From: a virus
DNA length: 64,000 nucleotides
Virus record (IMG/VR): IMGVR_UViG_3300034061_000981
Span: 1-64,000 of that record
Reading direction: 5' to 3' (one strand)
Shown here: in pieces, positions 32,794 to 43,119 of the stretch
Numbering within the stretch: position 1 is the first letter of the stretch
How the letters are laid out: every line of letters begins with the position of its first letter
Program-made: the position numbers and the translations under genes
Notes under the pieces: generated by a model
Seen by the model: only the letters and a program-made list of their open reading frames with translations
The model's database searches: none
What the model was told of the DNA's origin: nothing

Positions 32794-33747
32794 ATGTCAT
32801 ACGCACAATTTGATTTAATTCAAGCAACCGACTATAATACATTAGTGGGAACAAACCCCAATACAACGTCAGGTACACTTAATACAGTTTGGTCTACTGG
32901 TGGAACAACTGCCGGTTATGGTCAAACAGCACTTGCTACTGTAGCAGTAGCGCAAATTGTGGGAGCCAACGAATGGGCAAACTTAGTTAATAGAACTTCT
33001 AATTCAGCAACACATCAAGGCACTTCTATCACTAGTGTTACTGCTCCTGTTGCAGGAAATGTTGTAACATTTGTATCTGCTATACCCACAAACTTAACAA
33101 CAATTTATAACAGTCGTCTAAATGCCGCAACACAAGGAGCAACAACTGCAAATACAGCAACATTTGGTAGTACATGGTCAGCCGCATTGACATTTACTCA
33201 TACTGTTACATTTGCTAACGGTGATGCCGCACGATATTTCTTTAATTCAGGCGGACAATTAAAACTAACATGTTCTAATCCTAACAGCACAGCAGGTATT
33301 AACTTATTGTTTAATAACTTATGTTCTAATGTTGGTACAATTGTTCAAAGTGCACCTACTTCTGGTGCAGTAACTATTTCTGGTGTAAGCTATAATGGTA
33401 TTACTAAAATTGGTGGTGGTGGCAATGCTCCTACTATTAGTGCAGGTTCTGGTTATTATGCTATGACTACATCTAACGCTACCGTATTCACACAAACTGC
33501 CTCAACGGGTCCATCTGGTTATTTAGGTACGTTCATTCGTGTAATTGCTAGATCAAACGGTACTCAAGGTTCAAACGGTGATTCTGGTTCTGTTATTACA
33601 CTGCATACGATTTGGGATGAGGTTCCAGATGGTTTAGTAGTTGGTACTGGTTCTGCCGTAACTGTTACAGCCCAAGCTCCAGAAACAACGAATTTGGCTA
33701 ACACTTGGGGAACAATTACTATAGCCGGTTCAGTATCAGGCTCATAA
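32794..33747 (+). CDS. Ser/Thr/Gly-rich virion structural protein, paralog A
   Basis: 317 aa, AGGA ribosome-binding site, motifs GYGQ and ARYFFNSGG; colinear with the next gene. Confidence 0.65.
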   Translation: MSYAQFDLIQATDYNTLVGTNPNTTSGTLNTVWSTGGTTAGYGQTALATVAVAQIVGANEWANLVNRTSNSATHQGTSITSVTAPVAGNVVTFVSAIPTNLTTIYNSRLNAATQGATTANTATFGSTWSAALTFTHTVTFANGDAARYFFNSGGQLKLTCSNPNSTAGINLLFNNLCSNVGTIVQSAPTSGAVTISGVSYNGITKIGGGGNAPTISAGSGYYAMTTSNATVFTQTASTGPSGYLGTFIRVIARSNGTQGSNGDSGSVITLHTIWDEVPDGLVVGTGSAVTVTAQAPETTNLANTWGTITIAGSVSGS

Positions 33748-33768
33748 TTCTAACTAGTACATACTATA

Positions 33769-34728
33769 ATGACTTATGCACTGTACGGCAATATTGCATC
33801 TTTTGATTATAATACTTTAGTTGGAACTAACCCGTCTACTAGTTCAGGTGCATTAAACAGTGTTTGGGCCATTGGTGGAAATAATGCTGGTTATGGTCAA
33901 CCAGCATTAGCGCAAGTCGCATACAGTAGTAGAATTAATTCTTCTAATTGGGCAAATTTAATAAACACTACTGGTACAGTTGCTACACATCAAGGTACCT
34001 CTATTACTAGTATTACTGCGCCCGCTCTCAATGGGCCAATTCCATATATAGCCGCCCTTCCTACTAACTTAACATCTATATATAATAGTAGACTGAATGC
34101 CGCAACTCAAGGTGCTACTACTGCTAATACAGCAACTTACAACAGCACATGGAGCAACGTATTAATATTTACACACACTATTTCTTTTGCAAATGGTGAT
34201 GCCACAAGATACTTCTTTAACGCAGGTGGGCAACTAAAAGTAACATGCTCACATGCTAACAACATTGCAGGTATTAATTTATTAATGCATAATTTAGCAA
34301 GTAATATTGGTACAGTTGTTATGAGTTCCCCAACGTCAGGTTCAATTACTGTATCCGGTGCTAGTTATAATGGTGTTACTAAAGTTGGGGGAGGGTTACC
34401 GGCCCCCACAATTTCACCGGATAAGGGTTATTATGCAATGACTACTGCCAACACTAATATATTCACACAGACAGCCAGCACAGGACCTGCTTACTATTTA
34501 AATACAAATATTTCAATAATTGCTAAATCAAATGGAACACAAGGTTCAAATCAAGATGCCGGTAACGTAATTACACTTTACACCGTTTGGGATGAAATTT
34601 CATTAGGTTCTGTCGCCGTAGTAGGAGCCGGCTCAAGTACTACTGTCACTGTACAAGCACCCGAAACAACAAATTTGGCTAACTCTTGGGGCCCAATAAA
34701 TATTACCGGTACTGTATTCGGTTCATAA
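33769..34728 (+). CDS. Ser/Thr/Gly-rich virion structural protein, paralog B
   Basis: 319 aa; shares exact blocks with paralog A (DYNTLVGTNP, IYNSRLNAATQGATTANTAT, QAPETTNLAN). Confidence 0.65.
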   Translation: MTYALYGNIASFDYNTLVGTNPSTSSGALNSVWAIGGNNAGYGQPALAQVAYSSRINSSNWANLINTTGTVATHQGTSITSITAPALNGPIPYIAALPTNLTSIYNSRLNAATQGATTANTATYNSTWSNVLIFTHTISFANGDATRYFFNAGGQLKVTCSHANNIAGINLLMHNLASNIGTVVMSSPTSGSITVSGASYNGVTKVGGGLPAPTISPDKGYYAMTTANTNIFTQTASTGPAYYLNTNISIIAKSNGTQGSNQDAGNVITLYTVWDEISLGSVAVVGAGSSTTVTVQAPETTNLANSWGPINITGTVFGS

Positions 34729-34753
34729 TTTTTTAACATCACCTTTGTATCTA

Positions 34754-34761
34754 TCTAAATA
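34754..34761 (+). promoter_or_regulatory. Putative late promoter (TCTAAATA) heading the enzyme cluster
   Basis: TAAATA core in the 48-nt gap, followed by AGGAG and the ATG at 34777. Confidence 0.5.
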
Positions 34762-34776
34762 CTCGTAGGAGCCTAT

Positions 34777-35085
34777 ATGGATACAAAAACATTAATAGCA
34801 GAAGCCAAAGCTCGCTTCGCACATAACTCAGCTAAAGCATATCTTAAAGACAAATATGACAGCAAATTAATTGTTGCTGATCAAGGTGGTCTATGGCGAG
34901 CTGACCGACAAACCATTTCTTTTCTAAATTCAATGAGCAATGACAATTACATTGTTGTAATTGATACCTTTGATAACCCAGTTCAAGTTAGTCGTGAAAA
35001 GTTATTGGAAACATTAACAACTACATATAATGCAGTTATGCTTGAATGGCATAAAGAATGGTCTGAACTAGAGAAAAAAAGATGA
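34777..35085 (+). CDS. Hypothetical protein, possibly a tail-fibre assembly chaperone (DUF4376-like)
   Basis: 102 aa, strong ribosome-binding site. GGLWRAD...IDTFDNPVQV loosely recalls phage fibre chaperones; the function is tentative. Confidence 0.4.
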   Translation: MDTKTLIAEAKARFAHNSAKAYLKDKYDSKLIVADQGGLWRADRQTISFLNSMSNDNYIVVIDTFDNPVQVSREKLLETLTTTYNAVMLEWHKEWSELEKKR

Positions 35086-35885
35086 GCAAAGGTGCATTAC
35101 TATTTGCGTTTAATTCACCTAAGTACAACTACTATGAAATGGCAGTTGCTACAGCCAAACGAATTAATCATTTTTTAAATTTACCTGTTACTATAGTGAC
35201 TGATGAAAAGTCATTACCCGACGTTAGTGATTACACTTTTGATAAAACTATTCTAACTACAGCAGATGCGTCTAATAAACGTGATTGGGGAGTTTGGATC
35301 AATAAAGGAAGATTTCAAGCGTATGATTTAAGTCCATACGATGAAACGTTATTGTTAGATACTGATTATATGGTAAATTCTGATAAGTTAATAAAAACAT
35401 TTGAATTACCAACTGATTTTTGTTGCCACGACAATACTAGTTTTTTAATGCACCCCTCGGTTCCACAAGAGGTATTAAGTGTATATAGTTTCAAAACGTT
35501 ATGGGCTACAGCCGTTAATTTTAAGAAAACTAAACGTGCTAAATCAATATTTGATTCGTTAAAAATGATTCAAAATAATTTTGATCATTATGCAAACATA
35601 CATGGATTTATATCAGTTACTTTTCGCAATGATTATGCATTGACTTTAGCAACACGTATTGTCAACGGACACACCACAGTACCTGAAGATATAATACCTT
35701 GGAATTTAGTTCACGTTGGTAAAAATACAACAGTGTATAGAAATAGTGACGACCCATTAAACACCGAATATACTGTTATGTTTGATAATTGGGTTAGGGG
35801 TAAAATTCGTAAAGAATATACTATTATTAAAAATATGGATTTTCATGTTATGAATAAAGAAAACTTTATGGAGTTAATTAAATGA
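35082..35885 (+). CDS. GT-A fold glycosyltransferase-like protein (GT8-like)
   Basis: AYDLSPYDETLLLDTDY (DxD motif), WATAVNFKK, FRNDYALTLA, and a C-terminal HVMNK. Confidence 0.7.
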   Translation: MSKGALLFAFNSPKYNYYEMAVATAKRINHFLNLPVTIVTDEKSLPDVSDYTFDKTILTTADASNKRDWGVWINKGRFQAYDLSPYDETLLLDTDYMVNSDKLIKTFELPTDFCCHDNTSFLMHPSVPQEVLSVYSFKTLWATAVNFKKTKRAKSIFDSLKMIQNNFDHYANIHGFISVTFRNDYALTLATRIVNGHTTVPEDIIPWNLVHVGKNTTVYRNSDDPLNTEYTVMFDNWVRGKIRKEYTIIKNMDFHVMNKENFMELIK

Positions 35886-36637
35886 CAAGAGGATTTGTTA
35901 TTATGGCTCAGGGACAAGATTATGTCAAATGTGCCACTGCTCTTACGGCAAGTATAAAACGAGTTATGCCTAATGCTGATATAACCGTTGTTACTACAAA
36001 AATGTTGCCATATGGTGATCAGGCGCCCAATACTAATTGGAAACTTCAAAATGACTGGCAAGTATATGAAGCAAGTCCATATGACGAAACTATTAAATTA
36101 GAAGCAGATATGTACATACCACGCAACATTGACCACTGGTGGGATATATTGTCACCGCAGGATGTTGTAGTATCTAGTCATATAAGAAACTTTAAACAAG
36201 AAATATCGGATGTTAGAATGTATCGTAGATTTATTGATGACAATAATTTACCTGACGCATATAACGCAATTACATATTTTAAAAAGTCAGACACCGCAAA
36301 ACAATTTTTTAATATTGTAAGAGATGTTTTTGAGAATTGGGAAGAGTATAAGGAAATATTAAAATGTAATCCACAAGAAATAGCAACCACTGATTGGGCA
36401 TATGCTATTGCTTGTCATGTTATGGGCATTGAAAAAACAATGCTACCATCATTTACAGAAATGTCAATGGTACATATGAAACAATATATTAATGGAACAT
36501 CTACTGAAAATTGGACTGATACATTTATATATGAGTGTTTACCAAATCAAATTAGAGTACAAACAGTCCCACAACAGTATCCATTTCACTATCATATTAA
36601 GAACTTTTCTGATAAAATACTTGAAAGTATAAAATGA
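35882..36637 (+). CDS. GT-A fold glycosyltransferase-like protein, paralog of the preceding gene
   Basis: VYEASPYDETIKLEADM (ExD), YNAITYFKK, TTDWAYAIA and FHYHIK. Confidence 0.7.
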   Translation: MTRGFVIMAQGQDYVKCATALTASIKRVMPNADITVVTTKMLPYGDQAPNTNWKLQNDWQVYEASPYDETIKLEADMYIPRNIDHWWDILSPQDVVVSSHIRNFKQEISDVRMYRRFIDDNNLPDAYNAITYFKKSDTAKQFFNIVRDVFENWEEYKEILKCNPQEIATTDWAYAIACHVMGIEKTMLPSFTEMSMVHMKQYINGTSTENWTDTFIYECLPNQIRVQTVPQQYPFHYHIKNFSDKILESIK

Positions 36638-36990
36638 ACACTGAAAACAACCAAGAAGAATATGTTATAATATGGGAACAGCCCAAGCTAGAACCACCTG
36701 AGTTTAGGTTATATTATGATGAACACGGTGCTGTTGTATGTTACACCGGAGATAAATCTACAACCGGTGATTATATAGTTATTGATGCACTTACATTTGC
36801 ACAAGCAAGACCTGACGTAAGAGTTATCAACGGCAAAATATCTACTGTTTATCCCAATGCGGTTGTGCATAAGTTAATGCCAAGTAAGGATGAGGGGATA
36901 GATTGTCATCCGGAAGATATAAGTATACTTGTTGATAAAAAAGATTACAATAAAAAACAAAAATGGAAACTAACTACATATGAACTCTGA
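36634..36990 (+). CDS. Hypothetical protein
   Basis: 118 aa, overlapping both neighbours; no family recognised. Confidence 0.7.
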   Translation: MNTENNQEEYVIIWEQPKLEPPEFRLYYDEHGAVVCYTGDKSTTGDYIVIDALTFAQARPDVRVINGKISTVYPNAVVHKLMPSKDEGIDCHPEDISILVDKKDYNKKQKWKLTTYEL

Positions 36991-37933
36991 AGATATTATT
37001 GACGTAGCAGATTTAGATTGTATCTATCTAAGCTACGATGAGCCACAGAAAGAAGAATTCTGGCTAAAGATTAAGAACATGGTGCCTTGGGCAAAACGTG
37101 TTGACGGTGTTAAAGGTAGTGATGCCGCACATAAAGCCGCAGGTGAAGCAAGTGATACCGAACGATTTATTTTAATTGACGGTGATAATATGCCTGATGA
37201 AGAATTTTTCAATATTCAATTAAACTTTACTGGTAAAGACCCGTCGTTTAAAAAAGCACAGTTTCGTTGGAAAGCAATAAACGCAATCAACGGTTTACGC
37301 TATGGCAATGGCGGTATGAGTAGCTGGACAAAAGAATACGTTGCTAAAATGAAAACTCACGAACATCAAACAGATGGTGATGTATCACGCATTGCTGACT
37401 TCTGTATGGGAGGCAATGATAATTTGTATTGGGCGATGTATAACTGCTATAGCACAACACATCCTAACTATACGCCATTTCAAGCATGGCGCGCAGGATT
37501 CCGTGAAGGGGTAAAGATGAGTTTAGACAGAGGTGCTAGACCAACAGTAGAACAATTTAAACAAACAGTAGCAACACGTAATTTAAACAATCTAACTATT
37601 TGGCACAACATCGGTCGTGATGTAGAGAACGGAGAGTGGGCTATTTATGGTGCTCGTCTTGGAACGTATATGACTATGTTGACTGAATGGGACCACGCAA
37701 ATGTGCAATGGTTTGATAACTATACAGTATTGTGGGAAGAACATATGAATAGAGACCCTGATCGTGAGTCAGCGTTGCTCGGAGCCGCACTGCATGACAA
37801 ATTGGGACTACCGATGAACCACTTTGACAGTGGACAAAGTAAATTCTTTAAGCGTCACTATAAAGCAGACTTTCATAATTTAGATCCTCTAGTAACTGAG
37901 ATGGATGTGATTCGTAGAATCGAAGGATGGTAA
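36980..37933 (+). CDS. GT-A fold glycosyltransferase-like protein
   Basis: YLSYDEP, GVKGSDAAHKAA, FILIDGDN (DxD), YGNGG and QAWRAGFREGVKM. Confidence 0.6.
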   Translation: MNSEDIIDVADLDCIYLSYDEPQKEEFWLKIKNMVPWAKRVDGVKGSDAAHKAAGEASDTERFILIDGDNMPDEEFFNIQLNFTGKDPSFKKAQFRWKAINAINGLRYGNGGMSSWTKEYVAKMKTHEHQTDGDVSRIADFCMGGNDNLYWAMYNCYSTTHPNYTPFQAWRAGFREGVKMSLDRGARPTVEQFKQTVATRNLNNLTIWHNIGRDVENGEWAIYGARLGTYMTMLTEWDHANVQWFDNYTVLWEEHMNRDPDRESALLGAALHDKLGLPMNHFDSGQSKFFKRHYKADFHNLDPLVTEMDVIRRIEGW

Positions 37934-39327
37934 TGAGTAGCGAACAACAAAGAATTAAAGACATTAAGATTAAGATTGAGAACGAAGCAGGTCCTACATT
38001 TTGTCTTGCTAAATGGCATCACGTAACTATGTATTTGCAATCAGGTGAAACACATAGTTGTTATCACCCACAACCTCATAAAATTCCATTAGAAGAATTG
38101 AAAGATAATCCTTCAGCACTACACAATACACAATTCAAAAAAGATGAACGCAAAATGATGCTGGAAGGTGAAAAGCCAACAGGTTGTCAATATTGCTGGA
38201 ACATTGAAGCAATGGGCCCAGATTATATTAGTGATAGACACATTCGTAATGCTAGTATTTTTACAGAAGAACGCTATGAACAAACAACTAAAGGTGCATG
38301 GAATCAAAATATTAATCCAGAATACTTAGAAATCAACTTTGGTAACGAATGTAATTTCAAGTGCGGTTACTGTCATCCAAAATATTCAACTAGCTTTTAC
38401 AATGAGATTAAGAAGCATGGCCCTGTTACTACAGTAAAGAACCATCGTTGTGATGTTGATTGGATGACATTGTATCAGCGTGAAGAAGAAAACCCATACG
38501 TTGATGCATTCTGGGAGTGGTGGCCCGAACTACGCAAGACATTGAATATTATGCGTGTAACCGGTGGCGAACCTACGATGCACACTAGTACATGGAAATT
38601 GTTAAAAGAAATTGAACAAGATCCTATGCCTTGGTTAGAGTTGAATATAAACAGTAACTTAGGTACTAAGACTGCATTGGTTGAGAAACTAGCGCATAGT
38701 GTTAAAAAATTAGTAGACGATAAAAAAATTCGTGCATTCAAACTATTCACTAGCTTAGATACATGGGGTCCTAAGGCTGAATATATTCGTACAGGATTAG
38801 ATTTAGAATTGTGGGAAAAGAATTTCCATACGTATCTACAGAACACCGACAGCCCAATCACGTTTATGATTACTTTCAATATCTTTAGTGTTACTACATT
38901 TAAAGAATTCTTGGGTAAGTTTTTAGAATGGCGCAAACAATATGGTTGGTATGATGACCGAAAAGAACATCGTGTTCGGTTTGATACCCCTTACTTACGT
39001 GACCCTATTCAATACGATATGAACATTTTACCTAAGGACGAATTTATGCCTTACATGCGTGACGCATTATCATTCATGGAAGCTAATGTAGATGACAATC
39101 GTGCCGACGCATTTACTACTATTGAGTTTGAAAAATTCAAGCGTGTAGTTGACTACATGAATGAAACTAAATACTCAGACACAAAGTTAATTGAAGGTCG
39201 TAGAGATTTCTACAATTGGTTCAATGAATTAGATGAACGCAGGGATACAGATATGTTATCAGTTTTTCCTGAGTATATGAATTTTTATAGACTTTGCCAA
39301 GAAGTTAATCAATTGAATCCAAAATGA
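37933..39327 (+). CDS. Radical SAM enzyme with N-terminal twitch/SPASM-like Fe-S domain
   Basis: FCLAKW...HSCYHP...CQYC precedes CNFKCGYC and TGGEP. Start refined to the TAATG overlap. Confidence 0.9.
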   Translation: MSSEQQRIKDIKIKIENEAGPTFCLAKWHHVTMYLQSGETHSCYHPQPHKIPLEELKDNPSALHNTQFKKDERKMMLEGEKPTGCQYCWNIEAMGPDYISDRHIRNASIFTEERYEQTTKGAWNQNINPEYLEINFGNECNFKCGYCHPKYSTSFYNEIKKHGPVTTVKNHRCDVDWMTLYQREEENPYVDAFWEWWPELRKTLNIMRVTGGEPTMHTSTWKLLKEIEQDPMPWLELNINSNLGTKTALVEKLAHSVKKLVDDKKIRAFKLFTSLDTWGPKAEYIRTGLDLELWEKNFHTYLQNTDSPITFMITFNIFSVTTFKEFLGKFLEWRKQYGWYDDRKEHRVRFDTPYLRDPIQYDMNILPKDEFMPYMRDALSFMEANVDDNRADAFTTIEFEKFKRVVDYMNETKYSDTKLIEGRRDFYNWFNELDERRDTDMLSVFPEYMNFYRLCQEVNQLNPK

Positions 39328-40598
39328 GCAAGAAAAAAACTAAAATAACAGTTGAAGATTTATCTACTAGTAAGACACTATGTGTTGTGCCATGGATACA
39401 TATCCACACTAATCCTAGTGGCATTGCTACTCCTTGCTGTATCGCAGAATCGTGCACCAAACCCGAAGGTGTAGGAAACGCACGTGAACAATCATTGATG
39501 GAAATTGTTAATTCTGAATCAATGAAACAATTGCGTTTAGATATGTTAGCCGGAGTTAAAAATTCTGAATGTACCAAATGTTATGAACATGAGGATCAGG
39601 GTATAAAAAGTTTTAGAAATATGATTAACGATGAATTTAGTCATCACTATGATGCTATGAATTCAACAAAGAAAGATGGATCACTCAAAGAATTTAAAAT
39701 GAGATACTTTGATATCCGTTTTAATAACATTTGTAATTTTAAATGTAGAACATGTGGTTCAGGATTTAGTACTCAATGGGAACAAGAAGATTTAAAAAAT
39801 AAAGTTTGGAATGCAAAAGTCATTCCAAAGAATGATAATAAAAAATTCTTAGCAGAGGTAGTGGATCAAATTCCAAATATGGAAACAGCATACTTTGCCG
39901 GTGGCGAGCCACTAATTACCGAAGAACATTATATTCTACTAGAAGAAATGATTCGTAGTGGCAAGACTGATATCAAACTAAGATATAATACTAACTTAAG
40001 CAATCTTAAATTTAAAGACAAAGACCTGTTGTCCTTGTGGAAACACTTTGAAAAGGGTGTAGATGTTTATGCAAGTATTGACCATTACGGTGAACGTGCA
40101 GAATATATTCGTCACGGAACTGATTGGGGTGTAGTTGAATCTAACTTCAACTTAGTTAAAAAAACATCCTTCATAAAACTACACATGAATACCGTATTAA
40201 GTGTATTCAACGTTTTAACTATAAATGAATTCTATCAGTATCTATATGATAATAATATGTACTCAAACAAAGATTCAGTATATATGTTATATAATATGTC
40301 AACTCCGGAATTTTTAGCATGTCATATATTGCCACCTGATTTAAAAATCAAAGCTAAAGAAAGTTTAGAACAGACTGTTAAGTTTTTAAAATCTAAAAAA
40401 TTTAAAGTACACCAAATAAAACAGATAACAGATGCTATTCCTTGGGCTATGTCTAAGGATTCTTGGGAACAACAAAAAATGAATTTTAGAAGTGAAGTCA
40501 AAAGATTAGATAAAATTAGAGATGAAAACTTTAAACAGACATTTCCTGAATTAGCTATGTTATTAGAACCCGAATACAAAAGATTGTGGCCAGTATGA
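39324..40598 (+). CDS. Radical SAM enzyme with N-terminal twitch/SPASM-like domain
   Basis: LCVVPW...PCC...CTKC, CNFKCRTC and AGGEP. Confidence 0.9.
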   Translation: MSKKKTKITVEDLSTSKTLCVVPWIHIHTNPSGIATPCCIAESCTKPEGVGNAREQSLMEIVNSESMKQLRLDMLAGVKNSECTKCYEHEDQGIKSFRNMINDEFSHHYDAMNSTKKDGSLKEFKMRYFDIRFNNICNFKCRTCGSGFSTQWEQEDLKNKVWNAKVIPKNDNKKFLAEVVDQIPNMETAYFAGGEPLITEEHYILLEEMIRSGKTDIKLRYNTNLSNLKFKDKDLLSLWKHFEKGVDVYASIDHYGERAEYIRHGTDWGVVESNFNLVKKTSFIKLHMNTVLSVFNVLTINEFYQYLYDNNMYSNKDSVYMLYNMSTPEFLACHILPPDLKIKAKESLEQTVKFLKSKKFKVHQIKQITDAIPWAMSKDSWEQQKMNFRSEVKRLDKIRDENFKQTFPELAMLLEPEYKRLWPV

Positions 40599-41845
40599 AC
40601 AAAGATTATCTATCCAAGATGAACAAAAATTATTTATTAAACGAGAGCAAGACTTTTTGCATGTTCCCTTGGGTACATTTAAATGTGACACCAAAAGGTG
40701 ATATCTATCCTTGCTGTAGTAACGACTACACAAAACCATTTGGTAATACAAAAGAAACTTCATTAAAAGAAGCATTCAACAGTCCGCAAATGAAACAGTT
40801 GCGTTTGGACATGTTAGCTGATAAGAAAAATGATATATGTAACTTTTGTTATAAACACGAAGAAGCAGGACCTCATTCATTTAGAAACTATAGCAAAGAA
40901 CAATTTGCTAAACACTATGATGAAACAATTCCTACAACACTAGATGACGGAACTGTTCCCGAATTCAAAATGCATTATTTTGATATTCGTTTCAGTAATA
41001 TTTGTAACTTTAAATGTAGAACATGCGGGTCAGAGTTTAGTAGTCAATGGGGAGCAGAGATGCGAGCCAATCACGATCCAAAACATCCTATTGTTATTCA
41101 TGCCGATGAAAAGGGTAATCTATTACGTGAAGTATTGGAACAAGTAGAACATATTGATTTAGCATACTTTGCTGGTGGTGAACCTACATTGACCGAAGAA
41201 CATTATATAATGCTTGAAGAAATGATTCGTAAAGGTCGTAGTGATATTGTTCTACGATACAACACTAACGCTAGTAACATTAAGTTCAAAGACTATGACT
41301 TACTAGATATGTGGAAGTACTTTAAAAAGATTGAATTGAGTTGTAGTATTGACCATTATGGTGAAAGAGCAGAATGGTTACGTCATGGAACTGATTGGGG
41401 TGTAGTAGAGTCCAATCTATTAAAGTTCCGTGAACTAGATTATGTTAGTTTTCAAATGAATACGGTATTCAGCATCTTTAACTATAGTACAATCGGTGAG
41501 TTCTATCAGTATTTAAAAGATAAGAATATTATCCGCAGAGAAGATTGGTATCATAGTTTGTACTTGGCTGTACACCCTAGCTATTATTCTGGTAAGAGTT
41601 TGCCCAAAGAATTAAAAGTAGAAGCCGCAGAAAAGGCATTGGCTTGGGCAAAGGCTAATGAAGGTGATGGTACATCACTAAGTAGATTAGTGACTGATGC
41701 TGTAAACTTTGCGGCAGATGATGATACTTGGACTGAAAATAAAGAAACATTCTTTTTACATACAGGTTCAGGAGATAGAATTCGAGGTGAAAGTTTCTGG
41801 AAAACGTTTCCTGAATTAAATAAATTACGTGATTTAACGGAGTAA
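40595..41845 (+). CDS. Radical SAM enzyme with N-terminal twitch/SPASM-like domain
   Basis: FCMFPW...PCC...CNFC, CNFKCRTC and AGGEP. Start refined to the ATGA overlap (alternative ATG at 40619). Confidence 0.9.
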   Translation: MNKDYLSKMNKNYLLNESKTFCMFPWVHLNVTPKGDIYPCCSNDYTKPFGNTKETSLKEAFNSPQMKQLRLDMLADKKNDICNFCYKHEEAGPHSFRNYSKEQFAKHYDETIPTTLDDGTVPEFKMHYFDIRFSNICNFKCRTCGSEFSSQWGAEMRANHDPKHPIVIHADEKGNLLREVLEQVEHIDLAYFAGGEPTLTEEHYIMLEEMIRKGRSDIVLRYNTNASNIKFKDYDLLDMWKYFKKIELSCSIDHYGERAEWLRHGTDWGVVESNLLKFRELDYVSFQMNTVFSIFNYSTIGEFYQYLKDKNIIRREDWYHSLYLAVHPSYYSGKSLPKELKVEAAEKALAWAKANEGDGTSLSRLVTDAVNFAADDDTWTENKETFFLHTGSGDRIRGESFWKTFPELNKLRDLTE

Positions 41846-41847
41846 TA

Positions 41848-43119
41848 ATGCAAGATTCAATTGTTGTAGAAAATTTAGTAAAACATGGTAAACATTTTTG
41901 TGTGTTACCCTGGGTCCACTTTCATTCATGGCCAGATGGTCGAGTGATGCCATGTTGTGTTGCTGACAGCGGAATGCCTGTAGCTGAAATAAAAGAAGAA
42001 GAATCAATCATCCAAATGATGAATAGTGATGACTTCAAAAAGATTCGTTCAGCTATGCTTAACGATGAACCAGTAGAAGCGTGTAAGCGTTGCTATGACT
42101 TAGAGTTAATGGGTACATGGACAATGCGTCAAAGTCACAATAAGCGCAAAGGTCTTGAATACGTCAAAGAAATTAGTGAAATAACAAGTGATGACGGTAC
42201 CATTAGTGACTTTAAAATGAAATACATGGACTTACGTTTTAGTAACATGTGTAATATGAAATGTCGCAGTTGTGGCCCTGGTTGCTCAAGTCTATGGGCA
42301 CAAGAATTTTTAGACGAACGAGGTGAAGAAGTATTTGAACAATACTTCAAAACAAAAAAGATTGTTATTAACAAAGCAGATGAAGTTGGATTCTTAGCTA
42401 AACTAAAACCATACTTGAAAGACGTTACTGAAGTATATTTTGCTGGTGGTGAAATTATTATTACTCCTGAACACTATGAGTGTTTAGACTATTGGATTGA
42501 TAACGGATTGAACGAACAGATTGAGTTAACATACACAACTAACTTTAGCTCATTGAAGTACAAAGACAAAGACTTAATCGGTTATTGGAAGAAGTTTCCC
42601 AAGCTCAAAATTTGGGCTAGCTTAGACGGCATGGGCGAGACAGCAGAATTGATTCGTAAAGGTACTGACTGGGATCGTATTGTTAAAAACATCAAAGCAG
42701 TTAAAGAACAAGTGCCACATGCTGAGTTCCAAATCACTCCTACAATTAGCATCTGGAATGTGTTCCACTTCCCTGACTTTTTTGACTACATGATTGACAA
42801 TGGGTTCATTGATACTAAGAGTAGCCCGCGTTTTAATCTAGCAACTAATCCATGGTACGCAAACATTATGATTCTTCCTGTGTCTGTTAAGCGCAGACTA
42901 GCTGAATTATATCGTGTATATCAGAACAAGTATAAAGACAACCAAGATATCTATAACGGCTTTAAGATGATTATCTACAATTTGACAGTTGGTGATGAAA
43001 ACAAAGGTGGTATCTTAGAATTTAAACAGTTCAACGATGAGTTGGATCAATTTAGAGATGAGAAGTTTGAGGACATTTGTCCAGAAATTAAAGAGGTATA
43101 TGAATGGGCAAAAAGCTAA
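41848..43119 (+). CDS. Radical SAM enzyme with N-terminal twitch/SPASM-like domain
   Basis: FCVLPW...PCC...CKRC, CNMKCRSC and AGGEI. Confidence 0.9.
   Translation: MQDSIVVENLVKHGKHFCVLPWVHFHSWPDGRVMPCCVADSGMPVAEIKEEESIIQMMNSDDFKKIRSAMLNDEPVEACKRCYDLELMGTWTMRQSHNKRKGLEYVKEISEITSDDGTISDFKMKYMDLRFSNMCNMKCRSCGPGCSSLWAQEFLDERGEEVFEQYFKTKKIVINKADEVGFLAKLKPYLKDVTEVYFAGGEIIITPEHYECLDYWIDNGLNEQIELTYTTNFSSLKYKDKDLIGYWKKFPKLKIWASLDGMGETAELIRKGTDWDRIVKNIKAVKEQVPHAEFQITPTISIWNVFHFPDFFDYMIDNGFIDTKSSPRFNLATNPWYANIMILPVSVKRRLAELYRVYQNKYKDNQDIYNGFKMIIYNLTVGDENKGGILEFKQFNDELDQFRDEKFEDICPEIKEVYEWAKS

Noticed and set aside
1-34728. Bacterial contractile injection system (eCIS, T6SS or tailocin) rather than a phage
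   Set aside because: The T4-like gene order, late-promoter boxes, giant wedge protein and lack of bacterial context fit a large myophage better. Capsid genes are outside the window, so this is not proven.
32794-34728. Diversity-generating retroelement template/variable repeat pair
   Set aside because: The similarity spans two entire intact genes, differences are not adenine-specific, and no reverse transcriptase is present.
31548-34728. Enrichment of N-x-S/T sequons as evidence of N-glycosylation
   Set aside because: Sequons are frequent but expected from the high Asn/Ser/Thr content; this cannot be claimed without a shuffling test.
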